DNA of 24,694 nucleotides from positions 1 to 24,694 of the IMG/VR virus record IMGVR_UViG_3300008255_000457. One strand, written 5' to 3'. The notes below the pieces were generated by a model. That model did not search any database and was not told the origin of the DNA. It saw nothing but the letters and a program-made list of their open reading frames with translations. This document shows positions 16,600-24,694 of the stretch, in pieces (position 1 is the stretch's first letter; each line of letters begins with the position of its first letter). Position numbers and translations under genes: made by a program. The DNA is from a virus. Taxonomy: Duplodnaviria > Caudoviricetes.

Positions 16600-18099
16600 A
16601 TGGCTCTCCGTGAAATCCTCGCCGACCTGCGCGTACGCGTCACCGGCGCGGACCAGCTCCGGCGGGTCAACACCGGCGTCGGCTCCGCGGTCGGCGGACT
16701 CCGCAGCGCTGGGCGCATGCTGGGAGGGATCGGCGCCGCGATCACGAGCGCGCTCGCGGTGCGCCGACTCATCGACTTCACCAGCGAGACGATCCGCACG
16801 GGGGATGAGATCGGCAAGACGGCCCGACGGATCGGTTTGGCGGCATCCGAGCTGCAGGGATGGCGCTTCGCCGCGCAGCGCAGCGGCATCGAAACGGCCG
16901 CGCTCGACCAGAGCTTTAGTCGCCTCGCACGTGCCGCGTTCGAGGCCTCGGAAGGCGGCAGGACGCAGCGCGACACCTTCCGCGAGCTCGGCGTCGAGTA
17001 CCGGAGGGCGGACGGCTCGCTCAAGTCGCAATCCGATCTGATGCTCGAGGTCGGCGACGCGCTCGGCCGCATGACCGATCGGACCGCCGCGACGGGCATG
17101 GCGCAACGCCTGCTGGGCCGCGGCGGGGCCCAGCTGCTCACGCTCTTCGACGCGCAGCGGGGCGGCATCGAGGCACTGATCGCGGAGCACGCGCGGCTCG
17201 GCGGAGGGATCTCCGATGACGTGGTCGCCGCCTCCGAGGAGGCGGCGGATGCAATGGCTGACTGGGAGGTCACGACGACGTCGCTCATGTCCGTCTTCGT
17301 CGGCAGCTTCCTCCCCGCGCTCACTCGGGCGCTCGGGTACCTGACGGAGTGGTCGGCGACGATCGGCGCCGCCCTGCGCCGGTCCCACGTCCTGCAGATC
17401 GTCCTGGGCGCGCTGGCCGTGCTGATCGGTCTCGTCGCGACCTCGATCCTCGTCGCGATGAGCCCGGTCCTCATCCCCCTCGCGGCGCTGATCCTCATCG
17501 TCGATGACCTGATCTCGCTCTTCACCGGGGGCCGCTCCGTGATCGGCGACTTCCTCGACGAGCTCTTCGGAGTGGGTTCGGCGCAGGCCGTGGTCGAGAA
17601 TCTCACCGCGGCATGGGAGTGGTTCGTCGAGGTCCTTCGTGACGCGGGGCGGCTCCTCGGCCTCGTGAACGACGCTTCGCCGCCGCAGTCCCGCGAGGCT
17701 CGGGAGCGGCAACGCAACGCCGGCAAAGCCGAGACGACCCCGGACGGGGCGGAGGCTCGCGGGCGGGGCCGCGTCCGAGTGCGGGCGGCGACGGACGCCG
17801 CCACAGAGGCACGCGGAGCCCGCGTCCAGGCGCTGCGCGAGCAGATCGGCGGCGTCTCCGCGTCGGCGTTCCGGGGTGGCCCCACGGTGCCGGCGAGCGC
17901 GATCGGGGGCGGGAGCTCGCGCACCGAGGTCAACCAACGGTTCGACGTTTCGCGGATCAACGTAACGGTGAACGCGGCGCAGGATCCCGACGCCACCGCA
18001 CAAGCGGTCGGCGGGCAGATCGGAGACCAAATCCAGCGCGCCCTGGGTCGCGCCGCGACGCAGCTGCCGCAGGCCCGCCGGCCCCGGAGGGCGACCTGA
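16600..18099 (+). CDS. Tape measure protein (short, ~500 aa)
   Basis: Helical Ala/Gly-rich, IGKTARRIGLAASELQGWRFAA, hydrophobic segments, IVDDLISLFTGGRSVIG; GGAGG RBS favours ATG 16600 over 16588. Confidence 0.9.
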   Translation: MALREILADLRVRVTGADQLRRVNTGVGSAVGGLRSAGRMLGGIGAAITSALAVRRLIDFTSETIRTGDEIGKTARRIGLAASELQGWRFAAQRSGIETAALDQSFSRLARAAFEASEGGRTQRDTFRELGVEYRRADGSLKSQSDLMLEVGDALGRMTDRTAATGMAQRLLGRGGAQLLTLFDAQRGGIEALIAEHARLGGGISDDVVAASEEAADAMADWEVTTTSLMSVFVGSFLPALTRALGYLTEWSATIGAALRRSHVLQIVLGALAVLIGLVATSILVAMSPVLIPLAALILIVDDLISLFTGGRSVIGDFLDELFGVGSAQAVVENLTAAWEWFVEVLRDAGRLLGLVNDASPPQSREARERQRNAGKAETTPDGAEARGRGRVRVRAATDAATEARGARVQALREQIGGVSASAFRGGPTVPASAIGGGSSRTEVNQRFDVSRINVTVNAAQDPDATAQAVGGQIGDQIQRALGRAATQLPQARRPRRAT

Positions 18100-18824
18100 T
18101 GGCGGCCGCCGACATCGTCTTCGAGTTGCCGAGCGGCGAGCTCCTCGCCGTCCTCGCGGACGTCGTGGTCAGCGAGACGCACCGGATGAGCGGCATCGCC
18201 ACCGAGCAGGAGGTGGAGCGCGGCGTCGCTATCGCGGATCACTACCGGGCCGACCGCGACTCGCTCGCGCTCGAGGTCGTGTTCAGCGACTCGCCGCTGG
18301 ACGCGCTCGAGGGGCGCGATGGCGAGTTCTGGTTCGGCGTCGAGGGCGACGTGCGGAGCCTCGAGCTCGAGCTCCCCGATCGGCTGGTCACGACGGCGCT
18401 CGCCACCGGGCGCTCCCCGGCGAAGGGCGTTCAGACCGCGACCGAGGGGACGCCGAACATCCGCGCTTCCGCCTTCCAGGTCGACGGCGACGAGCCGCTC
18501 TCCCGCACGGTCGATAGCTGGGCGCAGCTCCTCGCCGCGAGGGGCAATGCCTACCTCGCGACGGTGACGACGCGGCTCCGGACGTACGAGGACATGGTGC
18601 TCTTGAGCGCGGAGACGACGCGCACGGCGAGGGACGGGACGTGGATCATCTGCCAGCTCGAGTTTGCGCAGATCACGCAGGTCGCCACCGAGCTCGTCGA
18701 CGTGCCGGAGACGGCGCCGCGCAACCGGCGCGGCCAAAACCAGGGCGATCAGCCGACCGAGGAGGTTCCAGAGGACCAGGCGGCTGAGGTGCGGGCGAGC
18801 CAGCTGTGGCAGTGGCTCTCATGA
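18099..18824 (+). CDS. Baseplate/tube initiator (Dit-like) protein
   Basis: DVVVSETH, TEQEVERGVAIADH, TVTTRLRTYEDMVL; follows tape measure. Confidence 0.75.
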   Translation: MAAADIVFELPSGELLAVLADVVVSETHRMSGIATEQEVERGVAIADHYRADRDSLALEVVFSDSPLDALEGRDGEFWFGVEGDVRSLELELPDRLVTTALATGRSPAKGVQTATEGTPNIRASAFQVDGDEPLSRTVDSWAQLLAARGNAYLATVTTRLRTYEDMVLLSAETTRTARDGTWIICQLEFAQITQVATELVDVPETAPRNRRGQNQGDQPTEEVPEDQAAEVRASQLWQWLS

Positions 18825-19159
18825 CGCGGATCCTCCGCGGTCCCGGTGGCGTCTCCGATGCGGGCCAGCGCGTGCGGCTCGACGGTGTCGAGTACCAGCT
18901 GCGCTGGCGCTGGCTCACTCGCCCGGCGCGATGGGCGCTCGACATCTCGAGTACGGACGGGACGCTGCTCGTCGGTGGGATCCGGGTCGTCCCGATGGAG
19001 CCGCTCTTGCGCGACGTGCGTGGAGCGCGTCCCGCGATGCCTCCGGGCGAGATCTTCGTCTACGACCCGCGGCGACTGCCGCAGATGCCGACGCTCGCCG
19101 GGCTCGGAGAGCCGCCGTCTCAGATCGTCTACGTCGAAGCGGCCGAGGTCGCGGCATGA
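18821..19159 (+). CDS. Small baseplate protein (plug type)
   Basis: VRLDGVEYQLRWRW, WALDI, LLVGGIRVV, IVYVE; position. Confidence 0.7.
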   Translation: MTRILRGPGGVSDAGQRVRLDGVEYQLRWRWLTRPARWALDISSTDGTLLVGGIRVVPMEPLLRDVRGARPAMPPGEIFVYDPRRLPQMPTLAGLGEPPSQIVYVEAAEVAA

Positions 19160-20019
19160 CGACGCTCTTCAAGCGCGACTGGCGTGTGCAGGTCGGACAG
19201 CTCGTCGTCCGCAAACCTCTGCATGTCTCGTTCGAGATCGAGCGCACGACGCGCCCCCAGCCGAACGCGGCGACGGTGCGGCTGTACAACCTGACGCGCG
19301 ATCACCAGGCGCTCGTGCAGGACGCGCGCGAAGGGATCGTCACCGTCGAGGCGGGCTTCCTCGGCTCGATGTCACAGATCTTCGGCGGCACCGTGATCCG
19401 AGCCCGCGCCGGCGGCCGCTCCGGATCGAAGATCCCCGCCAAGTCGGAACGCGACGGTCCCGACGTCGTCACCGTCATCGAGGCGCTCGACGGGGGCGAC
19501 ACGTACCGAGAGGCACGGATCGCTCGGAGCTACGGGCCCGACGTGAGCGTGTCTACGGTGCTCCGCGACTGCGCTGCAGCGCTCGGACTGGGCGAGGGGA
19601 ACATCGCCGAGGTAGAGCGCGTCGCGGTGCTCGACGGTGGACAGACCACCTACCCTGACGGGACCGTCCTGGACGGCCAGGCCGCGCGCGAGCTGACGCG
19701 GATCCTCGCGAGCTACGGCCTGCGCTGGTCGATCCAGCACGGGACGGTGCAGGTGATCCAGCGGGGCAGCGCGCTGCAGACACAGGGTGTGCGACTGAGC
19801 GAGTCGACCGGCCTCATCGGCTCCCCCGAGGTCGCCGCCAACGGAGACGTCACGGTCCGCGCGCTGCTGACGCCCGAGCTCTGGCCGGGGCGACACGTCG
19901 TGCTCGAGGCGGAGCGCGTGCGGGGACAGATGACGGTCGCGTCGATCCGCTACGAGGGCGACTCGCACGCCGACACCTGGCAGGCGCAATGCCGGCTCGT
20001 CCATCGGGAGGTCGCGTGA
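19156..20019 (+). CDS. Baseplate hub protein
   Basis: PNAATVRLYNL, VEAGF, IFGGTV, WSIQHG, STGLIGSPE, YEGDSH. Confidence 0.82.
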   Translation: MTTLFKRDWRVQVGQLVVRKPLHVSFEIERTTRPQPNAATVRLYNLTRDHQALVQDAREGIVTVEAGFLGSMSQIFGGTVIRARAGGRSGSKIPAKSERDGPDVVTVIEALDGGDTYREARIARSYGPDVSVSTVLRDCAAALGLGEGNIAEVERVAVLDGGQTTYPDGTVLDGQAARELTRILASYGLRWSIQHGTVQVIQRGSALQTQGVRLSESTGLIGSPEVAANGDVTVRALLTPELWPGRHVVLEAERVRGQMTVASIRYEGDSHADTWQAQCRLVHREVA

Positions 20020-20717
20020 CCGAGGGCGTGCAACGCGACGACTGGACGCTGGGCGAGCTGCTCGACGCCTGGGGCGACTCGCAATCCAACGAGCTCGGCG
20101 TCGCCGGGCCGGGGCGCGTCGAGAGCTACGACGCCGTGCACCAGATCGCCGATGTGACGCCCGTGGTCCGGCGGACGCTCCTCACCGAGGAGGGCGAGCC
20201 GGTCTATGAGGACCTGCCGACGATCCGTGCCGTGCGCGTGCTCTGGCCGCGCGCCGGCAACTGGTGCCTGACCGCGCCGCTCGAGGCCGGGCACTTCGTC
20301 ACCCTCCTGATCTGCGACCGGGACATCTCCCGGTTCCTGCAGACCGGACAAATTTCGAACGCGCCCGATCGGCGGATGCATCACTTGCAGAACGCAGTGT
20401 GCATGCCCGTAGGCCCCTACCCGCGTTCCGCCGAGCTGCAGGCCGTCGCCACCGACGCGCTCGAGCTCGGCAACGACTCGAGCGGGGTCAAGATCCGGAT
20501 CACCGCCGGCGGCGAGGTGCACGTGGTCGGCGACACGGTGCGCCTCGGGAGCGCGGGGGCCAGCGACGCGGTCGCGCTGTCGAGCTTGGTCGACGGTGAA
20601 CTGACCAAGATCGCGACCACGCTCGCCAGCCTCGTCGGCGGAAGCTCGCCGCCGGCGTCGTTTGGGACCCTGTACGACCGGGCCGGCGTGGGCTCGTCGA
20701 AGGTGATCGCCGAATGA
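20016..20717 (+). CDS. Gp138-type baseplate spike protein
   Basis: PGRVESYD, ADVTPVV, VRVLWPRAG, LLICDRDI, RRMHHLQNA; GGGAGG RBS, GTG start. Confidence 0.85.
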   Translation: MTEGVQRDDWTLGELLDAWGDSQSNELGVAGPGRVESYDAVHQIADVTPVVRRTLLTEEGEPVYEDLPTIRAVRVLWPRAGNWCLTAPLEAGHFVTLLICDRDISRFLQTGQISNAPDRRMHHLQNAVCMPVGPYPRSAELQAVATDALELGNDSSGVKIRITAGGEVHVVGDTVRLGSAGASDAVALSSLVDGELTKIATTLASLVGGSSPPASFGTLYDRAGVGSSKVIAE

Positions 20718-21109
20718 CGAGCGACCTCCGGCTGACCCGCGAAAGCGAGGTCGACGAACGCAACCCGGTCGCCGGCGATCTCCACGTCGAGGGCGTCGAC
20801 TTCGCCATCGTGCGCGGCATCGACGCGATCGTACAGGAGATCGAGGTCCGCCTCCGTTGGTGGAAGGGCGAGTGGTTCCTCGATCGGCGCAAGGGGGTTC
20901 CGTACATCGGGAGCATCCTCAAGAAGGGCGTCTCGCTCGCGGCCATCCGCGCGATCCTGGCGCGAGAGATCCGGAGCGTTCCGGGCGTGCTCCACGTCGA
21001 GCGGATCGACCTCGAGCTCGACGCCACGACTCGCCGGCTCACCGGCGCGGCGGTGATTCGCGTCAGCGATGGTACGACCGAGTCGTCCGAACCTGTGGAG
21101 ATCTTCTGA
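20714..21109 (+). CDS. Baseplate wedge / sheath initiator (gp25-like)
   Basis: AIVQEIEVRLRWWKGEWFLDRRKGVPY, IRSVPGV. Confidence 0.82.
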   Translation: MTSDLRLTRESEVDERNPVAGDLHVEGVDFAIVRGIDAIVQEIEVRLRWWKGEWFLDRRKGVPYIGSILKKGVSLAAIRAILAREIRSVPGVLHVERIDLELDATTRRLTGAAVIRVSDGTTESSEPVEIF

Positions 21110-22305
21110 TGGCTGGACTCACCGACGAGGGCTTCGTGGCGCGCCGGCAGCCGGAGATCCAGGCGCGCATCGAGGAGCGGCTCGCGGCCGACGACGAACT
21201 CGCCGGGCTCAACCTCCGCGCCGGCCCGATGCAACAGCTGATCGGGATCCTGAGCGAGGAGCTCGCCGAGCCGTGGGAGGCCGCCGAGGAGGTCTGGGCC
21301 TCGCAGTACGCGGGCGCCTCCGGGGTCAGCCTCGACCGCGTCTCGGGGCTGACGGGCACGGTCCGCCGCGCCGCGTCGCGGAGCCTCGTGGTGATCGACT
21401 GCGACCTCGCCGGCGGCACCACGCTGCCCGCTGGACGGATTGTGGCACGCGACGACGACCCGGACGTGCAGTTCCGCAGCGTCTCCGAGGTCACCAATAG
21501 CGGTGGCGACGCGACGATCGGCGTCACCTTCGAGTCCGTCGCCACCGGCCCCGTCGCCGCACCGACGGGCACGCTCACCGTGATCGTCACGCCCATCACG
21601 GGATGGACCGCGGCGACGAACGCCGCCGACGCGAGCCTTGGGCGGGAGCGCGCCGAGGATCCGGAACTGCGCACGCAGCGGCGCGTCGAGCTCGCCGGGC
21701 TCGGCACGGGGAACGTCGCTGCGATCCGCGCCGCGGTGGCTCGTGTCGAGGGCGACCTGCCGGACGAGCGACCCGTGCGCGAAGTGAGCGTCTACGAGAA
21801 CGCCACGATGTCCACCGTCGCGGGCCGACCGCCCAAGAGCGTCGAGGTCGTGATCTGGGATGCTGTCACCGCGGACGCCGACGACGACAAGGTCGCGCAG
21901 GCGATCTGGGATCACATCGGCGCCGGCATCGAGCCGCATGGGGTGGGCGAGAGCGGCGTCGCTGTCGACGAGGACACGGGCGAAGAGCACACCGTGGCGT
22001 TTACGCGCGCGACGCCGATCCAGGTCTACGTCGACGCGACCGTCGTACTCGTCAGCGGCACTGCGGCGACCTGGCAAGCCGCGGCGAAGGAGACGATCGC
22101 GGAGCATTCGCAGACGGCGTATCGGGTCGGGCACACGGCCTACGCGATGCAGCTCGCCTGCGCGCTGCTCGAGCGCGCCGAGATCGAGGAGGTCGTCGAG
22201 CTCTTCGTCGGGATCGCGGCGAGCCCGACAGGATCGAGCGTTGCGATCGGCGAGGACGAGATCGCGACCGTGGACACGGCCAACATCACGTTGGCGGAGG
22301 CATAG
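21109..22305 (+). CDS. Baseplate J/gp47 family protein
   Basis: MAGLTDEGF, ASGVSLDR, TGPVAAPTGTLTVIVTPITGW, GRERAEDPELR, VYENAT, PPKSVEVVI, VAQAIW, FTRATP. Confidence 0.9.
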   Translation: MAGLTDEGFVARRQPEIQARIEERLAADDELAGLNLRAGPMQQLIGILSEELAEPWEAAEEVWASQYAGASGVSLDRVSGLTGTVRRAASRSLVVIDCDLAGGTTLPAGRIVARDDDPDVQFRSVSEVTNSGGDATIGVTFESVATGPVAAPTGTLTVIVTPITGWTAATNAADASLGRERAEDPELRTQRRVELAGLGTGNVAAIRAAVARVEGDLPDERPVREVSVYENATMSTVAGRPPKSVEVVIWDAVTADADDDKVAQAIWDHIGAGIEPHGVGESGVAVDEDTGEEHTVAFTRATPIQVYVDATVVLVSGTAATWQAAAKETIAEHSQTAYRVGHTAYAMQLACALLERAEIEEVVELFVGIAASPTGSSVAIGEDEIATVDTANITLAEA

Positions 22306-22308
22306 ACG

Positions 22309-22881
22309 ATGGGGCTGACGAGCATCCCGGAAAAAACGGCGGAGAGCGTCGGCGTCGACGTGAGCGATCGGCCGCGGCCTCTCGACCGCGATCCGCGCTA
22401 CGAGACGAACGCGGCCGAGTTCAACGCATTGCGGGACGCGGTCATCGCGAACGCCTCGACGATCGGATTGGCAGACGGGAGCACTGCGGGCTCGCTCGAG
22501 GCCCGCGTGCCCGTCGACGTGCCCGTGAGTCATCACGCCGTCAAGACGACCGACGACACCCCGGCTCCGATCTACGTCGATCCGCTCCCCGCGAATAACG
22601 CGCAGTACGAGATCCTCGTCTCGGCGCGCAAGACCACGCTCGCGGCCGCCGGTGCCTATGGGATCTTCTCGTACCGCGCCGTTCGCTCCGTCGACTCGGA
22701 GGCGGCGGTGACCGTCGCCTCCATCGCGATGCACGCCGACACGGGCCCGGGCGTGACGAACGAGACGTGGTCGATCGCGATCCAGGATGACGGTGCCGGG
22801 ACGCTCGAGGTCGAGGTGACCGGCGCGGCACAGTCCACGGTCCAATGGCACGCGGTCGTGCGTCGGTGGGCGACGGACTGA
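22309..22881 (+). CDS. Hypothetical virion protein
   Basis: 190-aa ORF, GGAGG RBS, fills the gap exactly; helical N-terminus then beta-rich domain. Confidence 0.7.
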   Translation: MGLTSIPEKTAESVGVDVSDRPRPLDRDPRYETNAAEFNALRDAVIANASTIGLADGSTAGSLEARVPVDVPVSHHAVKTTDDTPAPIYVDPLPANNAQYEILVSARKTTLAAAGAYGIFSYRAVRSVDSEAAVTVASIAMHADTGPGVTNETWSIAIQDDGAGTLEVEVTGAAQSTVQWHAVVRRWATD

Positions 22882-23594
22882 TGGAGTTCCCGATCGGATT
22901 TCCATGGTCTCTCGGCGGGGACGCACTCCTCGACGGTACCGCCATCGCAATGGCGGGCTCGACGCTGTCGTATGAGCGTCGGATCGACGCGTGTGCGGAC
23001 GGGCTCGCGCTGCTCCTCAACGAGTTCGACAATAAGCCGCGGCTGCGCGCGATCGCGTGTGGGCTGCTCGACGGCGTGCAGGACGTCGTCAACGCGATCT
23101 GGCAGCTCTACACGGAGCGCTGGATCGACACCGGCGTCGGCGGGCAGCTCGACATGACCGGAACGGTGCTCGACATGCCGCGCGGTGGCCGCGGCGACGA
23201 GGTCTATCGCGCGTTCCTCCGGGCGCGCGCTCTCGTCCTGCGGAGCGACGGGAGCTGGCCCGCGCTCGTCGCCGTGCTGGCGGCGCTGGGGGTGACCCTG
23301 GCGGCGCTGGCTGTGACGTACCAGGCCGATTCCCCCGCCGCCTTCGTCGTGCGAGTCCGCGATTCTCTTCCGACCGACGTCACGGGTGCCGACCTCTTCC
23401 AGATGCTCGACGCCGCGAAGCTCGGCGGGGTGCGGCTGACGCTGGTCGCTCCCGTCGCCGCGATCGAGCGGACCTTTCGATTCTCCGACGCGGCGGCCTA
23501 TCTCACGAGCTCGGCGCGTGGGTTCGGCGACGCCGCCAACCCAGGCGCCGGCGGCAGCATCGCTGGGGCCTACGCATCGAGCGTGGAGGTCTGA
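22881..23594 (+). CDS. Baseplate wedge subunit (DUF2612-like)
   Basis: WIDTGVGGQLDMTGTVLDMPR, DEVYRAFLRAR, AAKLGGVR; TGATG overlap. Confidence 0.8.
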   Translation: MEFPIGFPWSLGGDALLDGTAIAMAGSTLSYERRIDACADGLALLLNEFDNKPRLRAIACGLLDGVQDVVNAIWQLYTERWIDTGVGGQLDMTGTVLDMPRGGRGDEVYRAFLRARALVLRSDGSWPALVAVLAALGVTLAALAVTYQADSPAAFVVRVRDSLPTDVTGADLFQMLDAAKLGGVRLTLVAPVAAIERTFRFSDAAAYLTSSARGFGDAANPGAGGSIAGAYASSVEV

Positions 23595-23596
23595 CG

Positions 23597-24373
23597 ATGG
23601 CTACGAAGCCCGTATCTGATTTCACTTGGGCGACGGACGCGACGTACGACGCGGACGCCGCGGCCAACAAGCTCGAGCCGCCCACGGTGCTCCGCGAAGA
23701 GGGCTGGGAGCGCGGCGAGGAGCCCGGCGCACAGCACGCGAACCACGTGCTCAACGCGCACGGGCAGTGGCACGGGTGGGCCGAGACCGAGCTCGATGAT
23801 CTCGACGCGCGCTTCGACGTGAACGGACAGGTGCTCTACCCGACCCCGATCAATCGCGTCCGCGTCGTCCCCGCGGAGGGCGGGCTCCCGATCCGGCTTC
23901 AGACGACCGGAGGCCCGGCGTTCGCGTACTTCCAAAGCGGCGCAGCGCCCAACCAAGGCTATGAACTCAAGTCGATCGAAGACTACGCGCGGCTCGTCTT
24001 CCCGCTGAACTGGTACTTGCCGCCGGAGAGCACGCTGACTCGGATCCGGGCCCTGGTGAAACCGGGCGCCGCCCGCACCGTGATGACGAGCATCCCGGGC
24101 GACAACGGTCGTCTCTTCGCCTTCCTGACGTCGACGTTGTCTTCGTTCATCGGGGTATCCGTGGCCCACACCGGTCCGCTTTACGCCGACGAGGACGACG
24201 GTACGACGGGCCTGCAGATCCTCGACACCGGCGTCATCAGCTACCAGATCAGCTTCAAGACGGGCGCGAATCCCATCTACCAGATCGTGTGCGGAGTCGA
24301 CGCGGGCACGAACCGCGACGCGCTGCACGCGATCGAGATCAGCTACACCGACCCCGGGCCGCGGAACATCTGA
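23597..24373 (+). CDS. Putative tail fibre / fibre-attachment protein
   Basis: N-terminal FTWATDA..EGWERGEEPGAQHANHVLN..QWHGW resembles myophage fibre N-termini; beta-rich C-terminus; GGAGG RBS. Confidence 0.65.
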   Translation: MATKPVSDFTWATDATYDADAAANKLEPPTVLREEGWERGEEPGAQHANHVLNAHGQWHGWAETELDDLDARFDVNGQVLYPTPINRVRVVPAEGGLPIRLQTTGGPAFAYFQSGAAPNQGYELKSIEDYARLVFPLNWYLPPESTLTRIRALVKPGAARTVMTSIPGDNGRLFAFLTSTLSSFIGVSVAHTGPLYADEDDGTTGLQILDTGVISYQISFKTGANPIYQIVCGVDAGTNRDALHAIEISYTDPGPRNI

Positions 24374-24390
24374 GCGTAAGGAGCACTTCG

Positions 24391-24694
24391 ATGAGCGCTG
24401 ACAACAACATTGGCCCCCGCTGCGGTGACGCCTCCACGCGCGAGGGGGCGTTCCAGTTCCCGGCGCTCGACGACACGGGCGAAGTGCTCAACCTCGCGCT
24501 GTGGGCCGGCGAGTACGTCGAGATCCTGTGGCTCCCCGAGCCCGACGATCCGGACAACGAGTACGACCTGGGCGACGCGCCGCTGCTCTACGGTTTCTTC
24601 CGGACCAAGGCGCTCGCCGTCGTCGGATTCGACCCGACGACAGCGAGCGTGGCGGACGGCGCAAGCGAGATCGGCCTGGTGGTCGATGGCGCCG
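24391..24694 (+). CDS. Hypothetical protein, truncated by window end
   Basis: AAGGAG RBS, ATG 24391, open to the end (MSADNNIGPRCGDASTREGAFQFPAL...). Confidence 0.65.
   Translation, partial: MSADNNIGPRCGDASTREGAFQFPALDDTGEVLNLALWAGEYVEILWLPEPDDPDNEYDLGDAPLLYGFFRTKALAVVGFDPTTASVADGASEIGLVVDGA

Larger units (their letters stand above)
125..24694 (+). mobile_element. Myovirus-type phage or prophage virion morphogenesis region
   Basis: Colinear packaging, head, neck, contractile tail and baseplate genes with overlapping start/stop codons. Confidence 0.97.

Noticed and set aside
417-22950. Long minus-strand ORFs (417-2000, 2066-3946, 8416-9711, 12813-14885, 16446-18737, 20500-22950)
   Set aside because: Antisense shadows of real genes in high-GC DNA; Arg-rich, motif-free translations fully overlapping recognisable plus-strand genes.
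13749-23594. Tailocin / extracellular contractile injection system
   Set aside because: Terminase, portal, protease and capsid genes are present, so this is a head-bearing particle.
1-24694. CRISPR array, tRNA, rRNA, IS element, intron or intein
   Set aside because: No regularly spaced repeats, RNA-gene signatures, transposase or intein motifs seen; the region is almost fully protein-coding.

Overview
GC-rich, all plus-strand late operon of a tailed phage or prophage with a contractile tail. Gene order: terS, terL, DUF1073-type portal, accessory cassette, DUF2213 protease/scaffold, decoration protein, DUF2184-type major capsid, neck, DUF3383 sheath, tube, chaperones, short tape measure, baseplate, start of the fibre region. 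No integrase, replication or lysis genes are in the window. Unusual features: (1) the portal carries a C-terminal 2H phosphoesterase (Acb1/LigT-like, two HxT motifs) preceded by R-x-D-A motifs that also mark domain boundaries in other head proteins; (2) a translationally coupled cassette of 3 glycosyltransferases, 2 SAM methyltransferases and a ribbon-helix-helix gene sits where the Mu gpF/SPP1 gp7-like gene is normally found; (3) one ~110-aa domain is inserted into both the capsid decoration protein and the tail sheath (about 62% identity by hand alignment, with a 53/56-nt DNA match); (4) TerL carries an N-terminal TerS-like domain although a separate TerS-like gene is present. Together these suggest a candidate virion-armouring system (surface glycosylation plus a packaged nucleotide-signal-degrading enzyme), which is inference. 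All family assignments come from motif recognition and gene order, not from database searches.
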